From: Alphaproteobacteria bacterium
GTDB taxonomy: Bacteria; Pseudomonadota; Alphaproteobacteria; UBA2966
Assembly: GCA_964291395.2 (NCBI GenBank)
Contig: OZ219858.1
Coordinates: forward strand, 96,001-160,000
Reading direction: 5' to 3'
Length of the DNA: 64,000 nt
The position numbers and the translations under genes are program-made. Of the stretch, positions 54,344 to 64,000 are shown in pieces; the first letter of the stretch is position 1; every line of letters starts with the position of its first letter. The notes beneath the pieces are model-generated. The model ran no database searches. It saw only the letters and a list, made by a program, of their open reading frames with translations, and was not told the DNA's origin.

Positions 54344-55762
54344 CTACCCGTTGACCGCGCGTCGTCGGGTCTCGGCCGCCAACAGCCGCTCCACGACATG
54401 GCCCATGTCGATCGCGAAGGATCCCTTTACCAGCACGACATCTCCCGGCCTGACGAATTCGCCGACCAGGGGCGCCAATTCGCTTGCCGTTTCGGTATGG
54501 TCCCCACGGCGTGAGGCCGGCAGCGCATCAAGCAGATTCCGCATGTGCGTGCCGCAAGTGAAAACGCGCGCCACTCCATTGCCGGTGACATCCGCAGCCA
54601 ACCCGGCGTGAAGACCGTCTGCCTCAGGCCCCAGTTCGAGCATGTCGCCCAGCACCGCGATTCGCCGGCCACCCTCCGCAACGTCCGCTGCACCCAAGAC
54701 CTCCAGGGCCGCGCGAACCGACGGCGGACTGGCGTTGTAGCTGTCGTCGATCACCGTGAAATACCCCTCGACGCCCCGCACGTGGTGCCGACGTCCGCGA
54801 CCGGCCGGTGGCGCGAGATCGGCGAGCGCCAGCGCACCCAATCCCAGATCGGCATCGAGGACATCCACCGCCGCGAGCACCGCAAGACTGTTGCGCGCCC
54901 AATGGCGTCCCGGAGTACGCATCTTGTAGGTGATGCGCGTCCCCCGGATGTCGGCCGCGACGCAGACGCACTCGGCGTGGAGCGCGACCTTCTCGGCGCG
55001 AGCGTCCGAGTCCTCCGAAAAACCGAAAGAGATGACGTCTGCGCCACGGGCGCGGGCGGTGTCGGCGAGCCGTTGGAAGTGATCGTTGTCCCGATTGAGA
55101 ATCGCGGTTCCACCGGCTTTCAGACCTTCGAAGATCTCGGCCTTGGCGTCCGCAACCGCCCCCACTGTTCCCAGGTATTCGAGGTGGGTTGCTTCGACCG
55201 TCGTTATGATGGCGACGTGCGGGCGCACGGACTTCGCCAATGGGCGAATCTCCCCGGCGTGGTTCATGCCGACCTCGAAGACGCCGAATCCGGCCTCTTC
55301 CGGTAGCCGGGACAGACTCAGCGGCACACCCCAGTGATTGTTCAAGCTACTCGCGCTCGCGTGGCATGGGGCGGTCGCGGCCAACGCCGATTTCAACGCA
55401 TCCTTCGTGCCGGTCTTGCCCACGCTTCCCGTGACTGCAACGACTTTCGCGGAGGAGCGATTGCGGGCATGAACACCCAGGGCCTCCAGCGCAATCTTCG
55501 TATCGCCGACGATCAGGAGATCTTTCCTGCCCTCGAGTCCGACGGGGCTTCGGGACACCACGGCGGCAGCGGCACCGCCGTCCAGGGCCTGACCAACGTA
55601 GTCGTGACCGTCATGATCCGGACCGCGAAGAGCCACGAAGAGATCGCCCGGCGAAACCGTCCGGCTGTCGATGGAGACCCCGCTTGCTGTCCAACGTCCG
55701 GCACATTCTCCGTTCGTCGCGCGCACTGCCTCTTCGGAGGTCCAAAGGGGCCGATCGCTCAT
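54344..55762 (-). CDS. murF: UDP-MurNAc-tripeptide--D-Ala-D-Ala ligase
   Basis: IDSR, TGSVGKT, NNHWGVP, EVGMNH.GEI, DDSYNASP, GDMLELG, LVKGS. Confidence 0.96.
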   Translation of the reverse strand: MSDRPLWTSEEAVRATNGECAGRWTASGVSIDSRTVSPGDLFVALRGPDHDGHDYVGQALDGGAAAAVVSRSPVGLEGRKDLLIVGDTKIALEALGVHARNRSSAKVVAVTGSVGKTGTKDALKSALAATAPCHASASSLNNHWGVPLSLSRLPEEAGFGVFEVGMNHAGEIRPLAKSVRPHVAIITTVEATHLEYLGTVGAVADAKAEIFEGLKAGGTAILNRDNDHFQRLADTARARGADVISFGFSEDSDARAEKVALHAECVCVAADIRGTRITYKMRTPGRHWARNSLAVLAAVDVLDADLGLGALALADLAPPAGRGRRHHVRGVEGYFTVIDDSYNASPPSVRAALEVLGAADVAEGGRRIAVLGDMLELGPEADGLHAGLAADVTGNGVARVFTCGTHMRNLLDALPASRRGDHTETASELAPLVGEFVRPGDVVLVKGSFAIDMGHVVERLLAAETRRRAVNG

Positions 55763-57216
55763 CGTTGCCCCCTGCCCGTTTCCGCAACGGCGGCGCGCGC
55801 GACTTCCGCGTCATCGAATGGACGGACGGCGTCACCGACGATTTGACCTTGCTCGTGGCCTTTCCCCGCGATGACCAGAACATCACCCTCATCGAGCCCC
55901 GCCGTCGCCGACCGGATTGCTTCGGCGCGGTCCGGGACTTCGACGGCGTGATCACAACCCGCCATTACCTGCCGTCGAATTGTGGAAGCGTCCTCGTCGC
56001 GGGGATTGTCGTCCGTGACAATGACGCGGTCCGCATAACGGCCGGCGATTTCGCCCATGAGGGGCCGCTTACCCTTGTCCCGGTCGCCACCACAGCCGAA
56101 CACCAAGACGAGCCGGTTCGAGGCATGGGGGCGCACCGCCCTCAAGACGGTGGCCAGCGCATCGGGCGTATGTGCGTAGTCCACGTACACGTCCGCCCCG
56201 CATGGATGGGTGGCGACCCGTTGTAGCCGGCCGGGAATAGCCTCGAGATCGTTCATCGTGTCGATGGCCGCACCCGGATCGGCGCCGGACACCGTGACAA
56301 TGGCGAGAGCACAAAGGGCATTTTCCGCCTGAAACCCGCCAACGATCGGCAAATTCACGTCACGACGTAGCCCTTCGGCATCAACGTCAAGGACCTGGCC
56401 GCCATTCGTCGGACGTCTTTTCGAGATGTTGAAATCGGCGCCGTTGCATCCGTAGGACACGACGCGCTGTCCGCGGCCCCGGCAAACGGACGAAACGGCC
56501 TCGAATTCCGGCAGGTCCGCATGGAGAAGCGCGGTGCCGTCCGCAGACAAGATCTCGGAGAACAGGCGCAGTTTCGCCTGCAGATATCTCTCCGGTTCGC
56601 CGTGGTAGTCGAGATGGTCCCGCGCGAGGTTGGTAAACGCCGCGACGTCGACCCTCACGCCGTCGAGCCGGCATTGGTCCAGGCCATGACTCGACGCCTC
56701 GATGGCGAGATGGTCAACGCCGTCATCCGCCAACCGGGCCAATGCCTCGTGCAGGACCACCGGATCGGGCGTGGTGTGCGGCAGCGCGTCGGAGATGCCG
56801 GGTGCCGACAGGCCCAGGGTACCGATACAGCCGGCCGCTTTGCCCATACGCGACCAAATCTGCGCCGTGAAGTTGGCGACGGAGGTCTTGCCGTTGGTTC
56901 CCGTAATCGCCGCCACGGTCCCCGGTTGTGCACCGTAGAACCTCGCCGCCATCAGTGCGAGCCGGTGACGCGGATTTTCATCCACGACCAGGGGAACATC
57001 TTTGCGCGGCATCCTCGTGTCCGGAGTGCCGAGGACCGCAACTGCCCCATGATCTACAGCGTCATAGATGTAATCCCGGCCATCGAAGTTCGAACCGCGC
57101 AAGGCGGCAAACAGGTATCCCGGCCGAACTGCGCGGCTGTCGGAAGTGATACCGAGGACATCGACCCGTTTGGCCGGAAGCGGTATATCGCCGTCGATGA
57201 GCTCAGAGAGAAGCAA
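55759..57216 (-). CDS. murE: UDP-MurNAc-dipeptide--meso-DAP ligase
   Basis: TGTNGKTS, TTP, EASSHG, DHLDYH, DYAHTPD, DNPR (DAP-type), AGKGHE; TTG start 57216 after GAAAGGGG. Confidence 0.95.
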   Translation of the reverse strand: MLLSELIDGDIPLPAKRVDVLGITSDSRAVRPGYLFAALRGSNFDGRDYIYDAVDHGAVAVLGTPDTRMPRKDVPLVVDENPRHRLALMAARFYGAQPGTVAAITGTNGKTSVANFTAQIWSRMGKAAGCIGTLGLSAPGISDALPHTTPDPVVLHEALARLADDGVDHLAIEASSHGLDQCRLDGVRVDVAAFTNLARDHLDYHGEPERYLQAKLRLFSEILSADGTALLHADLPEFEAVSSVCRGRGQRVVSYGCNGADFNISKRRPTNGGQVLDVDAEGLRRDVNLPIVGGFQAENALCALAIVTVSGADPGAAIDTMNDLEAIPGRLQRVATHPCGADVYVDYAHTPDALATVLRAVRPHASNRLVLVFGCGGDRDKGKRPLMGEIAGRYADRVIVTDDNPRDEDASTIRRQVMAGCDHAVEVPDRAEAIRSATAGLDEGDVLVIAGKGHEQGQIVGDAVRPFDDAEVARAAVAETGRGQR

Positions 57217-58954
57217 GTTGGCGCCCCTTTCGACCAAGATCCACGCGCCGTGACGGTTCCCCCTCTTCCTCGCCCTCGCCCTCGACCTCGACCTCGACAC
57301 CGAGTAGGGGTGCGGCCTGTTCGATCACCTGACCGACCACGGGAGCCGCGGTCCAGCCTGCGGTCGCGAATCCAAAGGTCTCCTTGATGCCCTGCGGCTC
57401 GTCGAGCATCACGAGCACGACATAGCGCGGCTCCAAGGCCGGAAATACACCGATAAAGGAAGATCGAAGCGCTTTGCGGCGATAGCCTCGCCCGCCCACT
57501 TTCTCGGCGGTGCCCGTCTTGCCGCCGACGAAGTAGCCGGGTACATCGGCTTTCTTGCCCGTTCCCTCCACGACGTTGAGCCGCATCAGCCGCCGTATCG
57601 CCTCGGAGGTTTTTCTCGATATCACGCGCTCGCTCACCGCCCGGACATCCTGGCGATTGGCGATGAACGTCGGAACGACCCGTGTGCCGCCGTTGACCAG
57701 CGACGCGACCGCCGACGCCATTTGGATCGGGGTCACGGCGACGCCATGCCCAAACGCGATCGTCATGGTGTTGATCTCGCGCCAGGGATTCGGTGCAATC
57801 GGTTGTCCGACTTCGGCAACTTCGAGCGGCGCCCGCAGCAGCAGCCCGATCCGCCCGAGAAACTCCCGCTGGCGCTCCGTCCCCACATCCAACGCCATCC
57901 GGGCGGCGCCGATATTGGAGGAGTAGATGAATACTTCCGGAACGGACAGCCACCGCTTCTTCGCATGATCGTCCCGGATCATGAACCGCGACACGCGGAT
58001 CGGCTCGCGTGCGTCAAAACTGTCGGCAAGATCGGCTGTTCCCAGCTCCAGGGCCATTGCAACTGTGAAGATCTTGAAGGTCGATCCCATCTCGTAGACG
58101 CCGAGGCTGGCACGATTGAAACGGCTGGCTTCCGAGGCTCTGTCGACCCGATGAGGGTTGAAATCGGGGAGAGAGACGGATGCGAGAATCTGGCCGTCGT
58201 TGGCATCGAGCACGACGCCCGTCGCCCCGATTGCCTGGTACTTTTCTACTGCGGCTGCGAGCTGGTTGCGCAAGACGTGCTGGACGCGAATATCCACACT
58301 GAGATACAGGGGCGGCTGGGCGCCGCCATCCCGGGCGGCGGCGCCCAGCCTTTCGTCGAGGCGCTTCTCAATTCCCGCGAGACCTCGGTTGTCGACACCC
58401 GTGTAGCCGACAATGTGAGCGACCAGGCGGCCCTGAGGATAAACGCGCTTCTGCTCCTCTAGAAACGCGAATCCCGGCAATCCCAGTGCATTGACGGCAT
58501 ATTGTTGACGAGGCGTGAGGTGACGCTTGACCCACACGAAGCGCTTCGACGTGGACAGTTTCGAAAAGAGCTCGCCCCGGTCGATCCCCGGAAGGACCCG
58601 GGAGATCTTGTCCGAGGCTTCCGCAGCATCAAGGACACGATGAGGGTTTGCATACAGGGACGCGGTGGTCAGATCGCTGGCGAGGAGAACGCCGTTTCGA
58701 TCCACAATCTCCGCCCGCGCAATGCCGATTTCCCCGCTCACGGCCAAACCGGTGCCGCCCGCTTCCCCTATGGACGAGAGATGTACGAGACGGCCGGCCA
58801 GCACGACGAAGGCGCAGGCAAACACGGCCGCGACAATCACGAGCCGATTTCGGCCTGTCTCCACGGCCTGCTTCCGGACACCCTCCAGGCGCACCGATTC
58901 GGCCAACCTCGAGGGCAGATTGCCTGCGGAGAGGCGATCGTACGAGCCGCTCAT
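57203..58954 (-). CDS. ftsI: Penicillin-binding protein 3 (class B transpeptidase)
   Basis: RAEIVDRNG, RVYP.G, G..GIE, STFK, SSN, KTGT. Confidence 0.95.
   Translation of the reverse strand: MSGSYDRLSAGNLPSRLAESVRLEGVRKQAVETGRNRLVIVAAVFACAFVVLAGRLVHLSSIGEAGGTGLAVSGEIGIARAEIVDRNGVLLASDLTTASLYANPHRVLDAAEASDKISRVLPGIDRGELFSKLSTSKRFVWVKRHLTPRQQYAVNALGLPGFAFLEEQKRVYPQGRLVAHIVGYTGVDNRGLAGIEKRLDERLGAAARDGGAQPPLYLSVDIRVQHVLRNQLAAAVEKYQAIGATGVVLDANDGQILASVSLPDFNPHRVDRASEASRFNRASLGVYEMGSTFKIFTVAMALELGTADLADSFDAREPIRVSRFMIRDDHAKKRWLSVPEVFIYSSNIGAARMALDVGTERQREFLGRIGLLLRAPLEVAEVGQPIAPNPWREINTMTIAFGHGVAVTPIQMASAVASLVNGGTRVVPTFIANRQDVRAVSERVISRKTSEAIRRLMRLNVVEGTGKKADVPGYFVGGKTGTAEKVGGRGYRRKALRSSFIGVFPALEPRYVVLVMLDEPQGIKETFGFATAGWTAAPVVGQVIEQAAPLLGVEVEVEGEGEEEGEPSRRVDLGRKGRQLASL
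57262..57297. repeat. Six degenerate hexamer units (CCTCNN) in the ftsI 3' end
   Basis: cctctt cctcgc cctcgc cctcga cctcga cctcga; encodes an acidic VEVEVEGEGEEE tract. Confidence 0.7.
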
Positions 58955-59325
58955 CGGGAAGCCCCCTCGGGTGTCCGCGTCGGGCGCGCGGAGAGCTTCG
59001 CGGAGGAGGTTTGCGCCGCACGGTCAGGGATGTCGGCCCGGTCCGATACTTCCTTGAACGGAAGCCTCGCCATCGCCGAAATCCTGTGGACCGAGACGGG
59101 GGTCAAATCGAGGTGGCGCGCGGTCAGCTTCTCAATTCGTTCGGGATTGTTCAAAAAGCTCCATTCCGCGCGCAAGATCCGGGCCGCCTCGCGTTCGGAT
59201 GCAAGTTGCCTGTGCAGGGATTGAAGCTTCGACTCCAGCCGCTGCACCTCGTGTTTCATGGTGTAGAGGCCGTAAGTCAGCATGACCGTGACGACGAATG
59301 CCCCGATATACAAAGGCTTCATCAT
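58951..59325 (-). CDS. ftsL: Cell division protein FtsL (alphaproteobacterial type)
   Basis: TM, LY..K, coiled coil, ILRAEWSFLNNPERI..L..RHL; between rsmH and ftsI. Confidence 0.88.
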   Translation of the reverse strand: MMKPLYIGAFVVTVMLTYGLYTMKHEVQRLESKLQSLHRQLASEREAARILRAEWSFLNNPERIEKLTARHLDLTPVSVHRISAMARLPFKEVSDRADIPDRAAQTSSAKLSARPTRTPEGASR

Positions 59326-60320
59326 GCCGAGACCTCCAACCGACTGCCCGGCGCGTGCGTCCGCACGGCGGCCCGCATACGGGCGGAGCGGGCGCGGGGG
59401 TTGGCGGCGATCTCATTGTTCGTAGGACGTCGTGCCCCTCTGAACAGGAGCTCAAACGTCGCCGGCGCGGAACGCTCGGGCGATTGCGGAAGGTGGCGGG
59501 AGGGAGCCGGACGGGAGTTGGAACGTGCCCCGAGGAATCGTTTGACCTCCCGATCCTCGAGGGAATGGAACGAGACGACCGCGAGGCGGCCCTGCGGGTT
59601 CAGGAGGCGCTCGGCGGCAACGAGACCCCGTTTGAGCTCGCCGATCTCGTCATTGACGCGGATGCGAAGGGCCTGGAATGTCCGCGTAGCGGGATGAATG
59701 TCGCCATGCCGTCGTCGCGCTCCGCTCGGCATGGCACGGACGATAAGATCGGCCAACTCGCGCGTGGTGCGGATCGGTGAGTTGGCGCGGCCGGAGACGA
59801 TTGCCCGAGCAATCCGCCCCGCATGGCGCTCCTCGCCATAGGTCGAGATCAGATGCCGTAATGTGACTTCGTCTTCTGCGTTCACCACGTCTGCGGCGCT
59901 GCGTCCCTCTTGCCCCATCCGCATGTCGAGCGGACCGTCTGCCTGGAACGAAAACCCTCGGGCCGGATCGTCCAGCTGAAACGTCGAGACGCCGAGATCG
60001 AGCGTGACACCATCGACTCCGCCGACCCCGTGGTCGGCCAGAAGCGACGCCATTTCGGAGAACCTTCCCTCCAGGACGCGCAGGCGATTCGGGTACTCGC
60101 GGGCCAGTTCGCCGCCGCGGGAAACGGCGTCCGGGTCTCGGTCCACGCCCCAAACGCTGCAATGCGCCGCCCTCAGCAACGCGGCGGCGTGACCGCCACC
60201 GCCGAAGGTCCCGTCGAGAAACGATTCACCGTCGCGAGGCGCCAAAGCGGCAAGGACGGCATCCACCATGACGGGAACATGCTCCCGTTCTGGTGTCGCG
60301 GCCTTGCATTCACTGGTCAC
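59322..60320 (-). CDS. rsmH: 16S rRNA m4C1402 methyltransferase
   Basis: HVPVM, DGTFGGGGH, DRDP, DLGVS, RGFSF..DGPLDMRM, HPATRTFQALRI, SFHSLEDR, NPRARSA; GTG start inferred. Confidence 0.96.
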   Translation of the reverse strand: MTSECKAATPEREHVPVMVDAVLAALAPRDGESFLDGTFGGGGHAAALLRAAHCSVWGVDRDPDAVSRGGELAREYPNRLRVLEGRFSEMASLLADHGVGGVDGVTLDLGVSTFQLDDPARGFSFQADGPLDMRMGQEGRSAADVVNAEDEVTLRHLISTYGEERHAGRIARAIVSGRANSPIRTTRELADLIVRAMPSGARRRHGDIHPATRTFQALRIRVNDEIGELKRGLVAAERLLNPQGRLAVVSFHSLEDREVKRFLGARSNSRPAPSRHLPQSPERSAPATFELLFRGARRPTNNEIAANPRARSARMRAAVRTHAPGSRLEVSA

Positions 60321-60324
60321 TCGG

Positions 60325-60789
60325 TTAGCGCTCCCCGGCCGAATCCTTGAAGCGGAGTGAGGTCCGGTCGTCTCTGGCCCGCTTCCGGGCCTCCTCCTGG
60401 CACGCCCGGAATGCTTCCGGCTCCCAAATCTGAAAGGTGGCGCCGCGACCCACGAACGCAGCACGGTCTGATATGCCGGCATGCTCTCTCAGCACATCGG
60501 GAAGCACGATTCGACCTTCCGAATCGAAAGACAGTTGGTGAGAATCTGCGAGAATGGAGATCGCGAAGGCGTCGTGTTCGTCACTGAACGGATCGAACTG
60601 ATCGATACCAGCGCTCAAACGCTCGATGTGATCGATTCCCGACGCCTCGATTGCCGGAGCCACGAACGAGGGAAAGACGATTACGCCGGAAAAGGATTGC
60701 GCCCCCAAAACCGTCCGGAACTGTGCAGGCACGGATATCCGCCCCTTGCGGTCGATCCGATTGACAAACGTGGACAGAAAGAGTGCCAA
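60325..60789 (-). CDS. mraZ: Transcriptional regulator MraZ
   Basis: Two DxxGR motifs (IDRKGRISVP, FDSEGRIVLP), FQIW.P; TTG start 60789 after GGGGGAG gives 154 aa. Confidence 0.94.
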   Translation of the reverse strand: MALFLSTFVNRIDRKGRISVPAQFRTVLGAQSFSGVIVFPSFVAPAIEASGIDHIERLSAGIDQFDPFSDEHDAFAISILADSHQLSFDSEGRIVLPDVLREHAGISDRAAFVGRGATFQIWEPEAFRACQEEARKRARDDRTSLRFKDSAGER

Positions 60790-60855
60790 GCCACTCCCCC
60801 CAAATTCGCCCGCTGTCCCCGTCCCAAGGTCGCTCGCGGACCCATCTGCGCACTT

Positions 60856-60910
60856 TGGCGGCATATGGGACATTCTGGGATAACATGGGGAATTATGGGT
60901 GTCAATGGGA
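60856..60910 (-). promoter_or_regulatory. dcw promoter overlapped by a putative MraZ repeat array
   Basis: Minus strand TTGACA(60905-60900)-N17-TATCCC; plus strand TGGGN at 60866, 60876, 60886, 60896, 60906 and TGGCG at 60856. Confidence 0.75.
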
Positions 60911-61048
60911 AATTAAGTAATTTCAAAACATAACCAAAGACTTCGACCACCCGTTCTCTTGATGTCCATATGTATCCGGCAGACGCGACGAGAACGGACG
61001 TCCGAACCGTGGCCGACGAGATTTAGCCCCGAAATACGGCGAAAGTTT

Positions 61049-61063
61049 GTTCTCTATATGTTC
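61049..61063. promoter_or_regulatory. Alphaproteobacterial LexA-type box
   Basis: GTTC-TCTATAT-GTTC matches GTTC-N7-GTTC; intergenic, AT-rich spacer. Confidence 0.5.
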
Positions 61064-61294
61064 CAGATGGGATTTTGCCCGTTTTCGGTTCTGGAAGGCG
61101 GCGGAATCCCCGCGCTGCCGGCAGCCAGCCGCCCCTCCCGGACAGGCCGATCGGATGACCCTGGTCCAGTCAATCGAAAGTATTCGTGTTCGAATTCTTG
61201 ATCCAATTCTCGATGAACATTGCAATGCTTACTGATATCCCGAATCGGGAATTCACAAGGCGACAAGTCAGATTCATTGAAGTATGAGGAAATT

Positions 61295-61690
<396 letters not shown>

Positions 61691-61721
61691 GAGCTAGATT
61701 TAGAAACCGAGGCGCCCTGCG

Positions 61722-62492
61722 TCAACCATGTCCGTCCACTAGAACGTTCAGGCGATGGTCCGTTTCCGAATCGATGATGCCGTCGACGCGCTCCGGGCGA
61801 AAGTGCCGCTGAAAGGCTACGACGACATCCTTGGTCAGGGCATCGAACTCTCCGGTCGGCATAATTCCATATCCAATTCGAGCCAGGCGGGATTGAGCCG
61901 ACCGGACTTGCCCTCCTGCGCTGCCCTGCGCCAAACGGACCCCGCTCTCCGACCACGGCAACGAGAACGAGCCGGGCCAGACCCCGATTCCTTGGGCGGC
62001 CGCGCCTCGCCAATCGAACAGTTCGCCCGGGTCGCGACGGCGCGACGGCGCCACGTCGGAGTGCCCGAGAACCCGTTCCCGCGGTATGGGATGGCGCGCA
62101 AGTACGGCGGTGGCCAACCGGAAAAACGCTTTCATCTGCCGCTCCGGAAACGCCCGGTAGCCGAATTCGTGACCTGGATTGGCGAGCTCGATACCGATGG
62201 AACAGCCATTGATGTCGGTGCGGCCCTGCCAGGAAGACACACCGGCGTGCCAGGCGCGCCTTTCCTCCGGCACCAGTTGCAGGACCTCGCCGTCCTCGTC
62301 GACGAAGTAGTGGGCGCTCACCTTCGCCGCGGGATCGACCAGCCTTGCAACAGCCGATTCGGAGTCCCTCATCCCCGTGTAGTGAAGTACGAGGGTATCG
62401 ACGGCGGCATCTCCGGGACGCGCGTCGTGGTTCGGTGAAGCGAAGGTCCGCATCACCTCAATGTTTCGTCCTTTGACACAGAGCGTCCGCAT
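61722..62492 (-). CDS. N-acetylmuramoyl-L-alanine amidase (Amidase_2, AmpD/AmiD-like) with C-terminal peptidoglycan-binding domain
   Basis: SPNHD.R, LHYTGM, VSAHY, RAWHAG, SIGIE, GHSDVAP.R..DPG, AFQRHFRP..DG; start 62492 or 62453. Confidence 0.93.
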   Translation of the reverse strand: MRTLCVKGRNIEVMRTFASPNHDARPGDAAVDTLVLHYTGMRDSESAVARLVDPAAKVSAHYFVDEDGEVLQLVPEERRAWHAGVSSWQGRTDINGCSIGIELANPGHEFGYRAFPERQMKAFFRLATAVLARHPIPRERVLGHSDVAPSRRRDPGELFDWRGAAAQGIGVWPGSFSLPWSESGVRLAQGSAGGQVRSAQSRLARIGYGIMPTGEFDALTKDVVVAFQRHFRPERVDGIIDSETDHRLNVLVDGHG

Positions 62493-62516
62493 TCGGAAGC
62501 GGGGTCGGCGGCCGCA

Positions 62517-63242
62517 TCAGGTCAATCCGCGTTCCTTCGCGACCCGGTCATAGGCGTCGTTGATGACCGCCAGCTTCTCGTTCGCCACATCCACGAACTC
62601 TTGCGGTACGCCTTGCGCGATCAGGGTGTCTGGATGGTGCTCGCGAATGAGTGTCCGATAGCGGCTCTTGAGCTCATCGTCGGAGACCTCCCGATCCAGG
62701 CCGAGAATGAGGTAGGGATCGGAATCGTCCGAGCCCACGTGACCTGCGCGGATACGATTGAACTCCGCCTCGCTGAAACCGAATATCGTCGCGACACGTG
62801 CGAGAAACTCGTTCTCCGCGGGATGATAGACACTGTCCGCCTTGGCGATATGGAACAATCCGTCCAACAGATCCTCGAGTACCGCGGGATTGGCCCTGAA
62901 CATTCCCGCCAACTGTTCCGCATAGGGCTCGAACCCTCGTGAATCCTTTTTCGCCAGGTCAAAGACCCGAGCCACGTTCTTCACCTCGTCGTGGGGAACG
63001 TGAAACACCTCGCGAAACGCTTCGATTTCGTCCCGGGTGACGACTCCGTCCGCCTTTGCCATCTTGGCGCCGAGGACGATCACGCCGATCGTGAAGGCGA
63101 CTTGCTTCGTGCCGCCATCCTCGGTCTGGGCGACGCGCATCTTGTCGAATGCGTGGCCGGCGATACCGCCGAGAAGCGCGCCCAGCGGCCCGCCCATGGC
63201 GAAGCCCGCGGCGCCACCGATGATCTTGCCCCAAACGCTCAT
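62517..63242 (-). CDS. djlA: DjlA-like co-chaperone (TerB-like domain plus C-terminal J domain)
   Basis: WGKIIGG..GGPLGALLG, AKMAKADG, DPY.ILG, HPD, INDAY. Confidence 0.88.
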   Translation of the reverse strand: MSVWGKIIGGAAGFAMGGPLGALLGGIAGHAFDKMRVAQTEDGGTKQVAFTIGVIVLGAKMAKADGVVTRDEIEAFREVFHVPHDEVKNVARVFDLAKKDSRGFEPYAEQLAGMFRANPAVLEDLLDGLFHIAKADSVYHPAENEFLARVATIFGFSEAEFNRIRAGHVGSDDSDPYLILGLDREVSDDELKSRYRTLIREHHPDTLIAQGVPQEFVDVANEKLAVINDAYDRVAKERGLT

Positions 63243-63382
63243 TCCGGAATTCCGGCGCGGAGAGAAATGGATGTAACGCCCCGCGAGCCCATCCCGTCGT
63301 TACCCTGACCCGGGCTCAGTCAAGACGTTCTCCGAGGTCGTCGGCGATTTCCGCCCGTGGAAGGTGACCTCGCGTGTCCTGC

Positions 63383-63589
63383 CTACTTCTTGTACCAGGG
63401 ACAGTTCTCATGGCTGGTCTCGATGCCCGTGTAGTTCCCCTTCGAATTCGCGTACTCGATCCGCACGACCGAACCGTCAGGCGCACACACCGGATCGAAC
63501 AGGTTATTGGCTGCCTGCCGGTGTTCTCTGTCACCGTGTTGGCAGGCGCTCAATGCCATCACGATCAGCAAACCCATCACAATTCTCAT
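63383..63589 (-). CDS. Small hypothetical lipoprotein (68 aa)
   Basis: SD GGAG; MRIVMGLLIVMALSAC lipobox; two more Cys in the mature part. Confidence 0.7.
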   Translation of the reverse strand: MRIVMGLLIVMALSACQHGDREHRQAANNLFDPVCAPDGSVVRIEYANSKGNYTGIETSHENCPWYKK

Positions 63590-63755
63590 CGCCTTACTCC
63601 CATCATGGTAACGCTGCCTGGGCAAAGTTCCCGCGCCATACTACCCCAGGGATATCCGCTTGCCACGTCTGTATGAGGCTGCGTTGACCGGCCGGAGGGC
63701 CATTCTTAGGATCGGCAGCAGCCATCACACGGCTTCGGCGATGGGGAGACACAAG

Positions 63756-64000
63756 ATGCAACTCGACGGCAAGGTCGCCATCATCACGGGCGCCGCACGT
63801 GGCATTGGCCAAGCCTATGCGCAGCGGTTCGCCGCGGAAGGGGCTTCCGTGGTCGTGGGCGATATCCGCGACACCTCGGAAACCGTGGATCTCGTCAAGG
63901 AGGCCGGCGGCAAGATCGTCGGCACCCCGCACGACGTGACGGACATGGCAAGCTGCAATGCGATTGTCGAGCTTGCCGTCAAGGAATTCGGAAAGCTCGA
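63756..64000 (+). CDS. SDR-family oxidoreductase (partial, runs off the window)
   Basis: SD GGGGAG; MQLDGKVAIITGAARGIG (TGxxxGIG); open to the window end. Confidence 0.9.
   Translation, partial: MQLDGKVAIITGAARGIGQAYAQRFAAEGASVVVGDIRDTSETVDLVKEAGGKIVGTPHDVTDMASCNAIVELAVKEFGKL

Overview
GC-rich alphaproteobacterial chromosome segment, Rhodospirillales-like (permuted two-piece tmRNA, alpha-type SspB, thyX, long-linker FtsZ). Most of it is housekeeping: ilvBNC-miaA/serB, hflKC-DUF2065-degP, mrp, thyX, ssrA-sspB-fumC, clc-uvrD-prmA, pepP, a complete dcw cluster (mraZ to ftsZ-lpxC-bamD-recN-ligA), rnpB, an amidase and djlA. Accessory or unusual parts are: (i) an apparently cytoplasmic sulfite-oxidase-family molybdoenzyme with a remodelled active site, in an operon with its own ETF pair (0.36-3.45 kb), the best candidate for an undescribed redox system; (ii) a decayed ~5.3 kb insert between thyX and ssrA with an internally deleted tyrosine integrase, a truncated ArsR stub, an SRPBCC gene and a LysR / binding protein / Rieske oxygenase module lacking reductase and permease; (iii) fumC split by a 1-nt frameshift; (iv) a DUF1127 gene plus an unannotated 56-aa ORF; (v) ssrA-tag-like C-termini on MurG and the DUF1127 protein; (vi) a 10-bp-phased MraZ repeat array and a LexA-type box upstream of the dcw cluster. 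All calls come from reading motifs by eye. No searches were run, and several start codons were moved from the ORF track.
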